From IMG/VR virus record IMGVR_UViG_3300047635_000036, positions 1 to 60,640 of that record: DNA of 60,640 nt; one strand, given 5' to 3'. The position numbers and the translations under genes were made by a program. The notes under the pieces were generated by a model that was given only the letters and a program-made list of their open reading frames with translations, was not told where the DNA came from and made no database searches. Positions 1-7,766 of this stretch are shown one piece after another; within the stretch, counting starts at the first letter, position 1; every line of letters begins with the position of its first letter. Origin of the DNA: a virus (lineage: Duplodnaviria > Caudoviricetes).

Positions 1-242
1 GTCTTGATTGGTATTAATCAATCAGACGTTATGTGACCAGGTAATAGTGTTTGTATGTAGTGTTGTTTAAGTACAATAAGACAACAAAGACAACAAATAC
101 ATATACCAAACGCACATGGGATCGTCAGTCTACGTGAACTATCTGGGGGCGCAGATCGCGTCTGGGGGGAGCGAGTGACAGCGGGCTCCGGGAGCCGGAG
201 AACAAGGTCGATTTTTCCTGTCTTCCTGTCTTCTTGACTTGC

Positions 243-323
243 AAGATCAACTTGAAGATCAACATCTGATCAACTTCTCCCGTCTTACAAGATCCACTTC
301 TGCCCTCCAGCAAGATCGACTTC
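243..323 (+). repeat. Five imperfect direct repeats, consensus (AA)GATC(A/C/G)ACTTC, in an AT-rich non-coding region
   Basis: aagatcaactt 243, aagatcaacat 255, tgatcaacttc 267, aagatccacttc 289, aagatcgacttc 312; bases 1-330 are far more AT-rich than the rest of the window. Confidence 0.75.
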
Positions 324-348
324 TCGCCGTCCCGGTAGACTCACTCGA

Positions 349-972
349 GTGGGCTGGCTGGCTGGGTACGAATGGCGCGAGCGCCGCCGGATGGCTCAGG
401 CGCGCCGCCTGGTCGTGCGGTGTGGCTGGGAGACGCGCCGAGCGGACGGCCGGACCTGCGAGAACCCGGCCGGCGAGCGCACCGCCCACGCCGGATACGG
501 CCCCTGCGCGTCGCACGGGGGCCCGAGGGCGCACAGGGCCTGGGAGGTAGCCGTGAGACTGGCCGGAGAGCTGGACGTAGGCCCCTGGGAGGCCCTCAAC
601 CTGGCCGTGCGCCTGGCCGCGCACCGCGTGAAGTGGACGGAGATCCAGGCGCAGCGGGCGGCCGACGCCGCGGACGGGAGCGACGCGGACCCGACGGTCA
701 TGCGCTGGCTGGCCGAGTCGAGGCGGGAGCGCGCGCTGCTGGTCAAGACGGCCAAGAGCGCGATCGACGCCGGCGTGGCCGAGCGCCTGGTCAGGCAGGT
801 GGAACTGGAGGGCCGCCTGGTCGCTGACGCCGTGGGCCGGGCGCTGGACGCGCTGGAGCTCTCCGAGGAGTCCCGGGCGCTGGCGTTCTCCGTCGCGCAT
901 CGCGCCCTGTTAGAGCCTGCTGCCGGCGCCGCTGACGGCTCGGAGGGCCTTCCGGGTGTCTCCACCCTCTGA
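349..972 (+). CDS. Terminase small subunit-like protein (Cys/His HGG motif)
   Basis: C-x11-C...HAGYGPCASHGG N-terminus plus helical C-terminus (AIDAGVAERLVR), as in actinophage TerS-like proteins; GTG lies 7 nt after a TAGACT hexamer; alternative ATG at 391. Confidence 0.6.
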   Translation: MGWLAGYEWRERRRMAQARRLVVRCGWETRRADGRTCENPAGERTAHAGYGPCASHGGPRAHRAWEVAVRLAGELDVGPWEALNLAVRLAAHRVKWTEIQAQRAADAADGSDADPTVMRWLAESRRERALLVKTAKSAIDAGVAERLVRQVELEGRLVADAVGRALDALELSEESRALAFSVAHRALLEPAAGAADGSEGLPGVSTL

Positions 973-1040
973 GGGCCTCCCGGGCCGTCTGCGGCCGCAG
1001 GGGCGTACCGGAACGGGGCGTCCCGGCGCGGCGGGGCCGG

Positions 1041-1364
1041 CTAGAACCTGCCGACCCTCTTCATGGCCCCTTGAGCGCCGATCGCGGGCAGTAGCAGGCG
1101 CAGGGCCAGCGACACGACCTGGAAGCTCAGGCGCATCAGCATCAGCAGGACCCTGGCGAGGCCGTCCAGCCCGACGCGCAGAGCGGCGAGCGAGGCCTGT
1201 TGGCCCCTGCTCGGCGGCTGCCTGCGCGCGGTCGGGGGGCGTCGCGTGGTAGACTCGCGCCGTGCGGCGCGATCAGGCGCGGGCGGCGGAGGTAGCGGCG
1301 GCGCGGGCGGCGCCGGCCGGAAGCCGACCGGCCGCCATCCGCCGGCCCAGTTGGGCTCGGTCAC
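1041..1364 (-). CDS. Hypothetical protein with Pro-rich N-terminus and hydrophobic C-terminus
   Basis: GTG overlaps the stop of the upstream gene; hydrophobic LARVLLMLMRLSFQVVSLAL segment. Confidence 0.4.
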   Translation of the reverse strand: MTEPNWAGGWRPVGFRPAPPAPPLPPPPAPDRAARRESTTRRPPTARRQPPSRGQQASLAALRVGLDGLARVLLMLMRLSFQVVSLALRLLLPAIGAQGAMKRVGRF

Positions 1365-1732
1365 CGGGGATCGACCATGTGCAGCTCCACGGCGGAGCGC
1401 ATGTGGTTCAGGGCGCGCTCCAGCTCCGCGCGGGAGGCCTGGCGGGTCAGGAAGAGCGCGACGGTGCTTTCCAGGTAGCCGAGCGCCTGCCCGTGGTTCA
1501 TCGGCGCGACCTTGCGGATGCTCCACACGCGGCCCGCGCGGGTGAGCCCCAGCTCGAAGGTCTCGCCCGACACGAACTGGTTCTGGATCTCGTAGGCGCA
1601 CGCGGAGTCGCTCTGGGTGAGCGCGTCGGTGCCGTCCTCGAAGTGCATGTGGTAGCGCGGGGTGCCGTTGCGGCTGTTGTCCAGCCGCTCCACGCGGGTG
1701 ACGGTCTTGATGACGGTGCTCTGGCCGGTCAT
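1361..1732 (-). CDS. Hypothetical early protein
   Basis: ATG after RBS gagg and promoter at 1776-1805; high GC3. Confidence 0.75.
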   Translation of the reverse strand: MTGQSTVIKTVTRVERLDNSRNGTPRYHMHFEDGTDALTQSDSACAYEIQNQFVSGETFELGLTRAGRVWSIRKVAPMNHGQALGYLESTVALFLTRQASRAELERALNHMRSAVELHMVDPR

Positions 1733-1775
1733 GGTCCTCGGTCTCCGTTCGCTCGGTCTCGCTTGCTCTGCTGTT

Positions 1776-1805
1776 AGTCTACCACGCGGGGCGCCCCCCG
1801 CGCAA
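1776..1805 (-). promoter_or_regulatory. Housekeeping sigma-type promoter TTGCGC-N18-TAGACT
   Basis: One of eight promoters with the same -10 and spacing. Confidence 0.8.
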
Positions 1806-2038
1806 GCCCCCGGACAGAGCGGCGCCCCGGGCAGGGCGCTCGGGGGAGCGGAGCCTGACACCGGGGCGTACGCTGGCCAGCGTAGCACGGGGCGTGATCG
1901 GGACGCTACCTCCGGGGAACTCCCACCGGGGTAGGGCGCACGCAGCCCCAGGTGGGCCTGTGCACGCGTCCGCCGCACGCCTCGCACCGTCGCTCGTCTC
2001 TCATCTCGTGCCTTCCTCTCGTCATTCGTCTCGTCTCG

Positions 2039-2629
2039 TCATCCGTGGAACGCGGCCGCGCGCTCCCGGCGCCAATAGAGCCAGGTGGTGGCCTGGACCT
2101 CTGCCGGAGAGAGCTGGGTGCCGTACTCGCGGGACAGGATGCGGGCGGCGCGCCGGTAGGCGTCGGCCACGGCGTCGTAGGCGCCGACCTTGCCGAGGAG
2201 GCGGCCGCGTTCCGCGTCGTCGAGGTTCCGTCCCACGGCCACGCTCACCGCGTGTCGGTCGACCACCACGGCGCGGGGGTCGCTGGGGTCGGCGATGGTG
2301 CGCCAGAACGCGCGCGTCTTGGGGCCGGAGACCACGTCCTCCGGGTCCGCGCCCGCGAGGATCAACTCGGCCTTGCGCGCGTTGGCGCCGATGACGCGCG
2401 GCGCGCGGCCCGCGTAGGCGTCCCGCGCCGCCTCGATGTTCTTGCGCCACGACAGGCGGGGGGACAGCACGGCGATCACGGCGGCCGCGCGGGAGGGGTC
2501 CTCCGGGTCCAGGCTCTCGGCCACGGCGCGGGCCGTCGCGTACCAGCTCCTGCCCTCTACCCGGTCGTCGACGCTGGCCAGGCGGTAGGCGGCCGTCACG
2601 TTCCGGGTGCTGGGTTCGGGGGCGCTCAT
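2039..2629 (-). CDS. HhH-GPD DNA glycosylase-like phage protein
   Basis: GRSWY, AVLSPRLSW..N, GPKTRAF (HhH-like), VVVDRH (cf. VDTH of endonuclease III), PAEVQATTW. Confidence 0.55.
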   Translation of the reverse strand: MSAPEPSTRNVTAAYRLASVDDRVEGRSWYATARAVAESLDPEDPSRAAAVIAVLSPRLSWRKNIEAARDAYAGRAPRVIGANARKAELILAGADPEDVVSGPKTRAFWRTIADPSDPRAVVVDRHAVSVAVGRNLDDAERGRLLGKVGAYDAVADAYRRAARILSREYGTQLSPAEVQATTWLYWRRERAAAFHG

Positions 2630-2668
2630 GTCTCGCGGTCTCCGTTCGCTCGATCTCGGTCTGCTGGT

Positions 2669-2698
2669 AGTCTACCATACGGCGGGCGGCCGGGTCAA
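2669..2698 (-). promoter_or_regulatory. Promoter TTGACC-N18-TAGACT
   Basis: Same architecture, upstream of 2629 ATG. Confidence 0.85.
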
Positions 2699-2753
2699 GA
2701 CGCGGCGACGCCCCGCTCTCCGGAGAGGGCGGAGCGCCGAGGGGTAGGTAAGC

Positions 2754-3329
2754 TCAGTTGCGGTAGTCGCCGAGCGCGTTCCGGCCGGCCGTGGTGACCT
2801 GGCGCGCACCCGCGCGGTTCTCCGAGAGGTAGCCGCGCCGCACCAGGTCGGCGAGCGTCTCGGCGCGCACGCCGCGCCGGCGCAGCTCCTCCCGGCGGTA
2901 GGCGCCCCCCTTGACGCAGGCGTGCGCGTAGATCCCGTCCAGCTCTTCCCTGGTGAGCTCCTCCGCCGCGGGCGGGAGCATGGTCTTGTCCATGAGGTCG
3001 GGCGAGACGTAGAGCGTGAGGAAGGTCTGCGGGTAGCCCTGCGAGCCGAGGACCACCACGCCGTTGGGCGGGAGCCGGTAGGCCTTCTGATCGCGGTCCA
3101 CGGGGTTAGTCGGGCAGAACGGGTTCTCCCCGCCCCACGAGCCGTACCGGCCGTCGACCTCGCCCGTGGACAGGTTGACCACGAGCACGAACGCGCGCCG
3201 CCCCCTGCTGCTCGCGCTGGACATCACCAGGTCGCGCGCGATCCTGACCTCCACGTCCCTGCGGCCGTAGCTCACGCGCGCGAGCGCGGTCCGCACCGCC
3301 TCCGGGAGCTGGCTGGTCTCGATCCACAT
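2754..3329 (-). CDS. Hypothetical early protein, possible C-terminal winged helix
   Basis: Own promoter and RBS; LVRRGYL...VTTAGR C-terminus. Confidence 0.75.
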   Translation of the reverse strand: MWIETSQLPEAVRTALARVSYGRRDVEVRIARDLVMSSASSRGRRAFVLVVNLSTGEVDGRYGSWGGENPFCPTNPVDRDQKAYRLPPNGVVVLGSQGYPQTFLTLYVSPDLMDKTMLPPAAEELTREELDGIYAHACVKGGAYRREELRRRGVRAETLADLVRRGYLSENRAGARQVTTAGRNALGDYRN

Positions 3330-3368
3330 CTCGCGTTCTCCGTTCCCTCGGTCCGTCGTTCTGCGGCT

Positions 3369-3398
3369 AGTCTACCGAACGCGCCGCCCCGGCGTCAA
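3369..3398 (-). promoter_or_regulatory. Promoter TTGACG-N18-TAGACT
   Basis: Same architecture. Confidence 0.85.
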
Positions 3399-3411
3399 CC
3401 TCTAGACGCGG

Positions 3412-3446
3412 GAACGCCCCGCCGAGGGTGGTACGGCGGGGCGTTC
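3412..3446 (-). terminator. 13-bp hairpin, terminator-like
   Basis: gaacgccccgccg-N9-cggcggggcgttc just downstream of the 3462 stop. Confidence 0.6.
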
Positions 3447-3461
3447 GGGGGTGAGGGTAGC

Positions 3462-3857
3462 TCAGTCGCGGTCCGCGTAGGCGTACTCCTCGAAGGTCTC
3501 GTCGTCGCCGAGGAACCTCCGCACGCGCTTGGCGATCTTGCCGCAGGCCTTCCACGTCGCGTAGGCCTCGCGGGAGTCCGCGTCGTACCCGAGGTCTTCC
3601 GCCCACTCCTCGAAGATCATCTCGCCGTCTACCGCGTCCGACAGGAGGCACTCGAGGACGTCGTGCGGCGTCGGGTCGTGCGTGATCGCGGACCCCGTGA
3701 AGAACGGCACCGTGATCTGCCGCCGCTTGCGGGTCAGGCGGACGGTCCAGGTCTTCGCGCCCTCGCTCCGGAAGGCCGGCGGGACCGTGTACGTCGTGCC
3801 GTAGTCGACGTGCGCGACGACGCCGTCTCGGCTGATCAGGCTCTTCAGGGTGGTCAT
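3462..3857 (-). CDS. Hypothetical phage protein
   Basis: PTPHDVLECLLSD...FEEWAEDLGYDADSREA motif recalled from other phage early proteins; own promoter and RBS. Confidence 0.8.
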   Translation of the reverse strand: MTTLKSLISRDGVVAHVDYGTTYTVPPAFRSEGAKTWTVRLTRKRRQITVPFFTGSAITHDPTPHDVLECLLSDAVDGEMIFEEWAEDLGYDADSREAYATWKACGKIAKRVRRFLGDDETFEEYAYADRD

Positions 3858-3901
3858 GTCTCTCGGTCTCCGTTCGGTCGGTCCGCCGTGCTGGTGAAGG
3901 T

Positions 3902-3931
3902 AGTCTACCACGCGGCCGGGCCGGACCGCAA
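3902..3931 (-). promoter_or_regulatory. Promoter TTGCGG-N18-TAGACT
   Basis: Same architecture. Confidence 0.8.
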
Positions 3932-3947
3932 GCCCCCGGAGACGCGA

Positions 3948-3975
3948 GAACGGCCCCCGTCTCCGGGGGCCGTTC
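3948..3975 (-). terminator. 11-bp hairpin, terminator-like
   Basis: gaacggccccc-gtctcc-gggggccgttc after the 3991 stop. Confidence 0.6.
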
Positions 3976-3990
3976 GCGGGGGAGCTGGGA

Positions 3991-4572
3991 TCAGCCCTCC
4001 TCGAGGACGGTCTCGAGGACCTCTTGGGCGACGCGCGCGTGCTTCATCGGTACGCGGGACTGGAAGTCGATCCCGCACGCGACCAGGTCACCGTGCGCGT
4101 CCCGCGCCACGTAGCGCCAGGTGCCTTCGTACGCCCTGCCGACGGTCCCCCCGCCGACCTTCTCGACCTCCACGCGCACGCCGTCAAGGGTGACGTACGC
4201 GTACTCCGGATCGAACGGCTCCTCGCGGAGCCAGAACGCGATCACGCGCAGATTGCCGTCCAGCACGTGTGCCGCCCACGGTCCCTCGACGAACCCGTCC
4301 GGGCCGTCGTCCCGCAGGACGGCGTCCACCTCGGCGCGCATGGAGGGCTCGTCGTCGCCGTAGTCGATGCCGTCCTCGGTCACGACGTAGCCGTGCTCGC
4401 GGGCCGTCTGCGGGTCGGTCGGCAGGGCCTCTGCCTCCGTCTCGTCGTCGCGGTCCGCGTACTCGCGCATGGCGTCGGCCAGCCGGGCGACCGCCTCCGC
4501 GCGGTCGGCGAACCACTCCGCGTCGCTCTCGGGCAGGTATCCCGCGATGTTGTGGCCGATGCTGTAGATCAT
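3991..4572 (-). CDS. Acidic hypothetical early protein
   Basis: ATG after ggaggaagcc; N-terminus MIYSIGHNIAGYLPESD. Confidence 0.8.
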   Translation of the reverse strand: MIYSIGHNIAGYLPESDAEWFADRAEAVARLADAMREYADRDDETEAEALPTDPQTAREHGYVVTEDGIDYGDDEPSMRAEVDAVLRDDGPDGFVEGPWAAHVLDGNLRVIAFWLREEPFDPEYAYVTLDGVRVEVEKVGGGTVGRAYEGTWRYVARDAHGDLVACGIDFQSRVPMKHARVAQEVLETVLEEG

Positions 4573-4601
4573 GGCTTCCTCCGGTCTCTCGGTCTGCAGG
4601 T

Positions 4602-4631
4602 AGTCTACCACGCGTCCCGAGGGGCGCGCAA
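4602..4631 (-). promoter_or_regulatory. Promoter TTGCGC-N18-TAGACT
   Basis: Same architecture; hairpin gagggcctctc-cgga-gagaggccctc upstream at about 4649-4674. Confidence 0.8.
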
Positions 4632-4691
4632 CCCCCCGAAACGCGCCCGAGGGCCTCTCCGGAGAGAGGCCCTCGAGGGCGGGGGGCCGGG

Positions 4692-4967
4692 CTACGGCGT
4701 CGGGAGGTCCAGGACCACGGCGACGCCGCACCCGCGCGCCAGCATCGCGGGGAAGTCGCGGGTCCGCTGCCCGGCCACGCCGCCCCACCGGTGGCCGGAG
4801 GCCTTGTCGACGACCATCCAGAAGCCGGAGAACTTCACGGCGTGCCAGTCGCCGCCCCGTAGCTCGGTCACCAGCCTCATCACCGCCGCCACCTCGTCGG
4901 CGCTGGGGTTCTTCGGGAACGGCCCGAGCTGGATCGCCTGCCTGTACAGGCGCGGGTAGTCGGTCAT
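4692..4967 (-). CDS. Hypothetical early protein
   Basis: Own promoter and RBS ggag; high GC3. Confidence 0.7.
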   Translation of the reverse strand: MTDYPRLYRQAIQLGPFPKNPSADEVAAVMRLVTELRGGDWHAVKFSGFWMVVDKASGHRWGGVAGQRTRDFPAMLARGCGVAVVLDLPTP

Positions 4968-4997
4968 CGCGGTCTCCGTTCGCTCGGTCATGTACGT

Positions 4998-5027
4998 AGT
5001 CTACAGCAGGAGGCCCGGGGCGCGCAA
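4998..5027 (-). promoter_or_regulatory. Promoter TTGCGC-N18-TAGACT with -35 in the loop of an 11-bp inverted repeat (5010-5038)
   Basis: gaggcccgggg-cgcgcaa-ccccgggcctc. Confidence 0.8.
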
Positions 5028-5155
5028 CCCCGGGCCTCACGATCATTCCCAGCCGCGTTGCCAGTCAGCGTCGGCCAGGCCGGCCCCCTCCGGCGTGGCC
5101 ACGGGGCCGTGCGCGTCGCTCCGGGAGGTCCAGTAGGCCTCCCGCTCCGCGGGGC

Positions 5156-5278
5156 TCATCGGGTGCGCCGAGGGTGGCGGGCCAGGCGGCGAGACAGGGC
5201 GTTGATGGCGCGGACGTCGCCGCTGGCGTGCGCTTCGCGCAGGTCGCGCCGCTGGCGCGGGTTCAGGTGGTTGGGCAT
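5156..5278 (-). CDS. 40-aa basic peptide (MPNHLNPRQRRDLREAH...)
   Basis: Strong RBS ggaggaagcc and same leader motif as neighbours; below ORF-track cutoff; its stop overlaps the ATG of a 38-aa ORF at 5043-5159. Confidence 0.55.
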   Translation of the reverse strand: MPNHLNPRQRRDLREAHASGDVRAINALSRRLARHPRRTR

Positions 5279-5368
5279 GGCTTCCTCCGGTCGTCGGTCT
5301 CGGGCTCATCGGCACGGGCCTCACCCGTGGACGGTGCGGCCCCCCGGAGGGGGCCGCGCCGTTTCGCC

Positions 5369-5629
5369 CTACAGCCCCAGCTCGGCGTCGCGCAGCCGGT
5401 CGTACTCCGCGTCCGCGTCCCCGGCGTCGTCCGCGTCCTCGGTCTCCCGGGCGTGCGCCTCAAGGACCGTGGTGGCGTCCTCGTCGCTCAGGACCGCGTT
5501 GGGGTCCTCGGAGAGCCCCAGCTCGGCGGCCGCCTCCTGCAGGAAGGACAGGTGCTCGGCGTAGGTGGCGTCCGGCTCGTTCACGGCCAGGCAGTGGGCC
5601 ATCTCGCGCAGGGTGGTGGTCTCGGTCAT
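5369..5629 (-). CDS. Small, highly acidic early protein
   Basis: 86 aa, 24 D/E, 4 R, no K; own promoter and RBS ggagg. Confidence 0.75.
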   Translation of the reverse strand: MTETTTLREMAHCLAVNEPDATYAEHLSFLQEAAAELGLSEDPNAVLSDEDATTVLEAHARETEDADDAGDADAEYDRLRDAELGL

Positions 5630-5659
5630 CGCGTCCTCCGGTCGTTCGGTCATGTACGT

Positions 5660-5689
5660 AGTCTACAACACGGAGGGCGCCCCCGTCAA
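5660..5689 (-). promoter_or_regulatory. Promoter TTGACG-N18-TAGACT with -35 in the loop of an 11-bp inverted repeat (5673-5700)
   Basis: gagggcgcccc-cgtcaa-ggggcgccctc. Confidence 0.85.
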
Positions 5690-5719
5690 GGGGCGCCCTC
5701 ATGATCCTCTACGGGGGAC

Positions 5720-6151
5720 CTAGCCCCAGGTGCGGGCGGGCGCCCCGGCCAGCAGCTCGTCGCAGCGGGGGCAGCCCGGGAGCTTGCGCCCCCACATCGG
5801 CCCGTTGCCCCCGTTGCACGTGTGCTCGGTGCCCGTGCGGGGCGCCCGGGAGCGGGGCTTGCGGGGCGTGACGCGCCCCGCGCGCACGCCGTCGGGGAAG
5901 GTGGCCGGTACGGCCGGCCGGTCCATCCGGGGGCGGGGTGCGCGGGGGAGGTCTCCCGACAGGGCCATCACCTGGGAGGCGACCAGGGCGGTCAGGGCCT
6001 CCGTGCTGGGGATCGGGCCGCTCCACCTGATCTCGGCCATGGGGCCGCGCGCGGTGAGCACGCCGTAGGCGTGCACGACGCCGTAGACGGCGAGCCTGCG
6101 GTGGTAGACGGTCGTGCCGTGGGTGAGGCCGTAGTGGGCAACGGTGCTCAT
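5720..6151 (-). CDS. Hypothetical protein with C-terminal HxC...CPRC metal-binding motif
   Basis: EHTCNGG...GRKLPGCPRCDELLAG. Confidence 0.65.
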   Translation of the reverse strand: MSTVAHYGLTHGTTVYHRRLAVYGVVHAYGVLTARGPMAEIRWSGPIPSTEALTALVASQVMALSGDLPRAPRPRMDRPAVPATFPDGVRAGRVTPRKPRSRAPRTGTEHTCNGGNGPMWGRKLPGCPRCDELLAGAPARTWG

Positions 6152-6153
6152 GA

Positions 6154-6411
6154 TCAGCCCGCCACCCACTCGTCGTAGCACGGGAGCGCGCTGTCGGTGC
6201 AGGCGTAGTGCCCGCCCTGCCCGTCCACGTGGCGCCCCTGGGGGGAGCGCCAGCACGGGCTGTCCTCGGTCTGGCAGGTGTCGTGCGCGGTCACGTGCTG
6301 TCCGGTGGAGGCGAGGGTGTGGCGGGTGAACAGCGCGCCGCCGACCACGCCGGACGTGGCCACGACCAGCAGGGCCAGGGCCAGGGCCTTCGCTCTCGTC
6401 TTGATCTTCAT
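6154..6411 (-). CDS. Small secreted or membrane-anchored Cys-containing protein
   Basis: Basic then hydrophobic N-terminus; two C-x5/6-C motifs (CQTEDSPC, CTDSALPC). Confidence 0.7.
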   Translation of the reverse strand: MKIKTRAKALALALLVVATSGVVGGALFTRHTLASTGQHVTAHDTCQTEDSPCWRSPQGRHVDGQGGHYACTDSALPCYDEWVAG

Positions 6412-6445
6412 CGTGTCTTCCTTCGGTCTCTCGGTCTGTGTGAGT

Positions 6446-6475
6446 AGTCTACCACGCTCGCCTCCGAGCTGGCAA
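6446..6475 (-). promoter_or_regulatory. Promoter TTGCCA-N18-TAGACT
   Basis: Same architecture. Confidence 0.8.
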
Positions 6476-6687
6476 GGGGCCGAGCATGATCAACTTCGTT
6501 GGTTGTTGATCACTAAGCGCGCGCTGTAGATGTTGGTTTATCACTCGCAGGGGGCCAGGGGGCCGCTCACCCCACCCCCACCTACCTCTTCCTTCCTCAT
6601 GTCCACTAACCACGCCCCCCTCCGCCCCCCTCTTCCTCCCCGCCTCGCCTTCCCAAATTTTTTCCCCTCCCGGGTACCCTCGCCGGC

Positions 6688-7041
6688 ATGCCCTTCGCAC
6701 CCCCACCGGCCTGCGTCGCCTGCGTCGCCTGCGGCGCCCCCGCCACCCGAGTCCACGTCCGGGAGGCCACCGCCCGCGAGCTCGCCTCCTGGGCCTCCGA
6801 CCCCCTGGTCCCCTCGGTCACCCCCCTGGACCTGGAGCCCTCCGCCGCCCCCACCCTGGTCCCCGCGCACTCCTGCGACGCCTGCGCCCCGCCCCCCGAG
6901 CGGGCCGCCCTGGTCCACTCCCCGACCTGCGCGCCTCCCTGGCCGGACTCCTCCTGCCGGGCCTGCGCGATGGACCTGGCCGGCCTGGACGCCCCCCTCG
7001 CCGACCTGGCCGCGCCCCGCGAGGCCCCCGACGCCCCCTAG
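6688..7041 (+). CDS. Cys-rich (CxxC) hypothetical protein
   Basis: CVACVAC, HSCDAC, CRAC; ATG 7 nt after TACCCT. Confidence 0.55.
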   Translation: MPFAPPPACVACVACGAPATRVHVREATARELASWASDPLVPSVTPLDLEPSAAPTLVPAHSCDACAPPPERAALVHSPTCAPPWPDSSCRACAMDLAGLDAPLADLAAPREAPDAP

Positions 7042-7065
7042 GCACCCGGCGCCCCCCCGGGGGGC

Positions 7066-7095
7066 TGGACGCGCCCCCCTCCCCTCTGGTAGGTT
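7066..7095 (+). promoter_or_regulatory. Promoter TGGACG-N18-TAGGTT for the rightward accessory operon
   Basis: 18-nt spacer, then GACCGA leader and RBS before 7139 ATG. Confidence 0.6.
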
Positions 7096-7138
7096 AACCA
7101 CCACGAGAGACCGACGACCGGAGGGAGACGCGACGACG

Positions 7139-7766
7139 ATGCACGACGCCGACGACCAGACACACGGGGGACCCCCCGACCCGCTGGACCTGGACCCCCC
7201 GCTCTCCGCCGCCGAGCGCGCCGCCCTGCTGCTCCCCTCCGCCGGGCCTGACGGCCGGGGCGCGGTCCACCCCACCGACCCGTTCGTCCGGGCCTCCCTG
7301 CTGGACCGGGGCCTGCTGGAGCGCGCGCCGGACGGGGAGCACGACCTCCCGCCCTCCTGGTGCTACACCGAGGCGGGCCTCGCCGCCCGCGCCTCCCTGC
7401 TCCGCGAGCGGGAGGCCGCCCTGCGCGCCGTCTACCGGAGCTACCGGCCGGGGGACCCCGACCCCAACCGGGACGTCCCCCACGCCCGGCGGTCCCCGCA
7501 CTGCCCCGCCGAGGCGGGCGGCTTCTCCTGCACCCGGCTGGCCGGGCACCGCGCCCCGCAGCACGTGGCGGGCACCGGGAGGCTGGTCGCCGCCGTCTGG
7601 ACCGGCGACGGCGGGGAGGACCTGGAGGTCTGGGGCGGCGAGCCGGACGCGCTCCGGCCGGGCGCGGCCCCCGCCCCGCGCGCCGACGCCGCTCACCGAG
7701 GGCTGGCGGGCCTGCCACCGCGCCGCGCTGGTCGCGATCGCGGAGGCGCTGGGGGTGGGCGAGTGA
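7139..7766 (+). CDS. Hypothetical multidomain protein with an apparent frameshift near 7670-7685
   Basis: High GC3 switches frame after a C-rich run; alternative frame ends at TGA 7766 overlapping GTG 7763. Confidence 0.55.

Noticed and set aside
1733-6475. CRISPR array or integron attC array
   Set aside because: Repeats are degenerate promoter/leader motifs separated by whole genes; no constant repeat-spacer period, attC box structure, integrase or cas operon in the window
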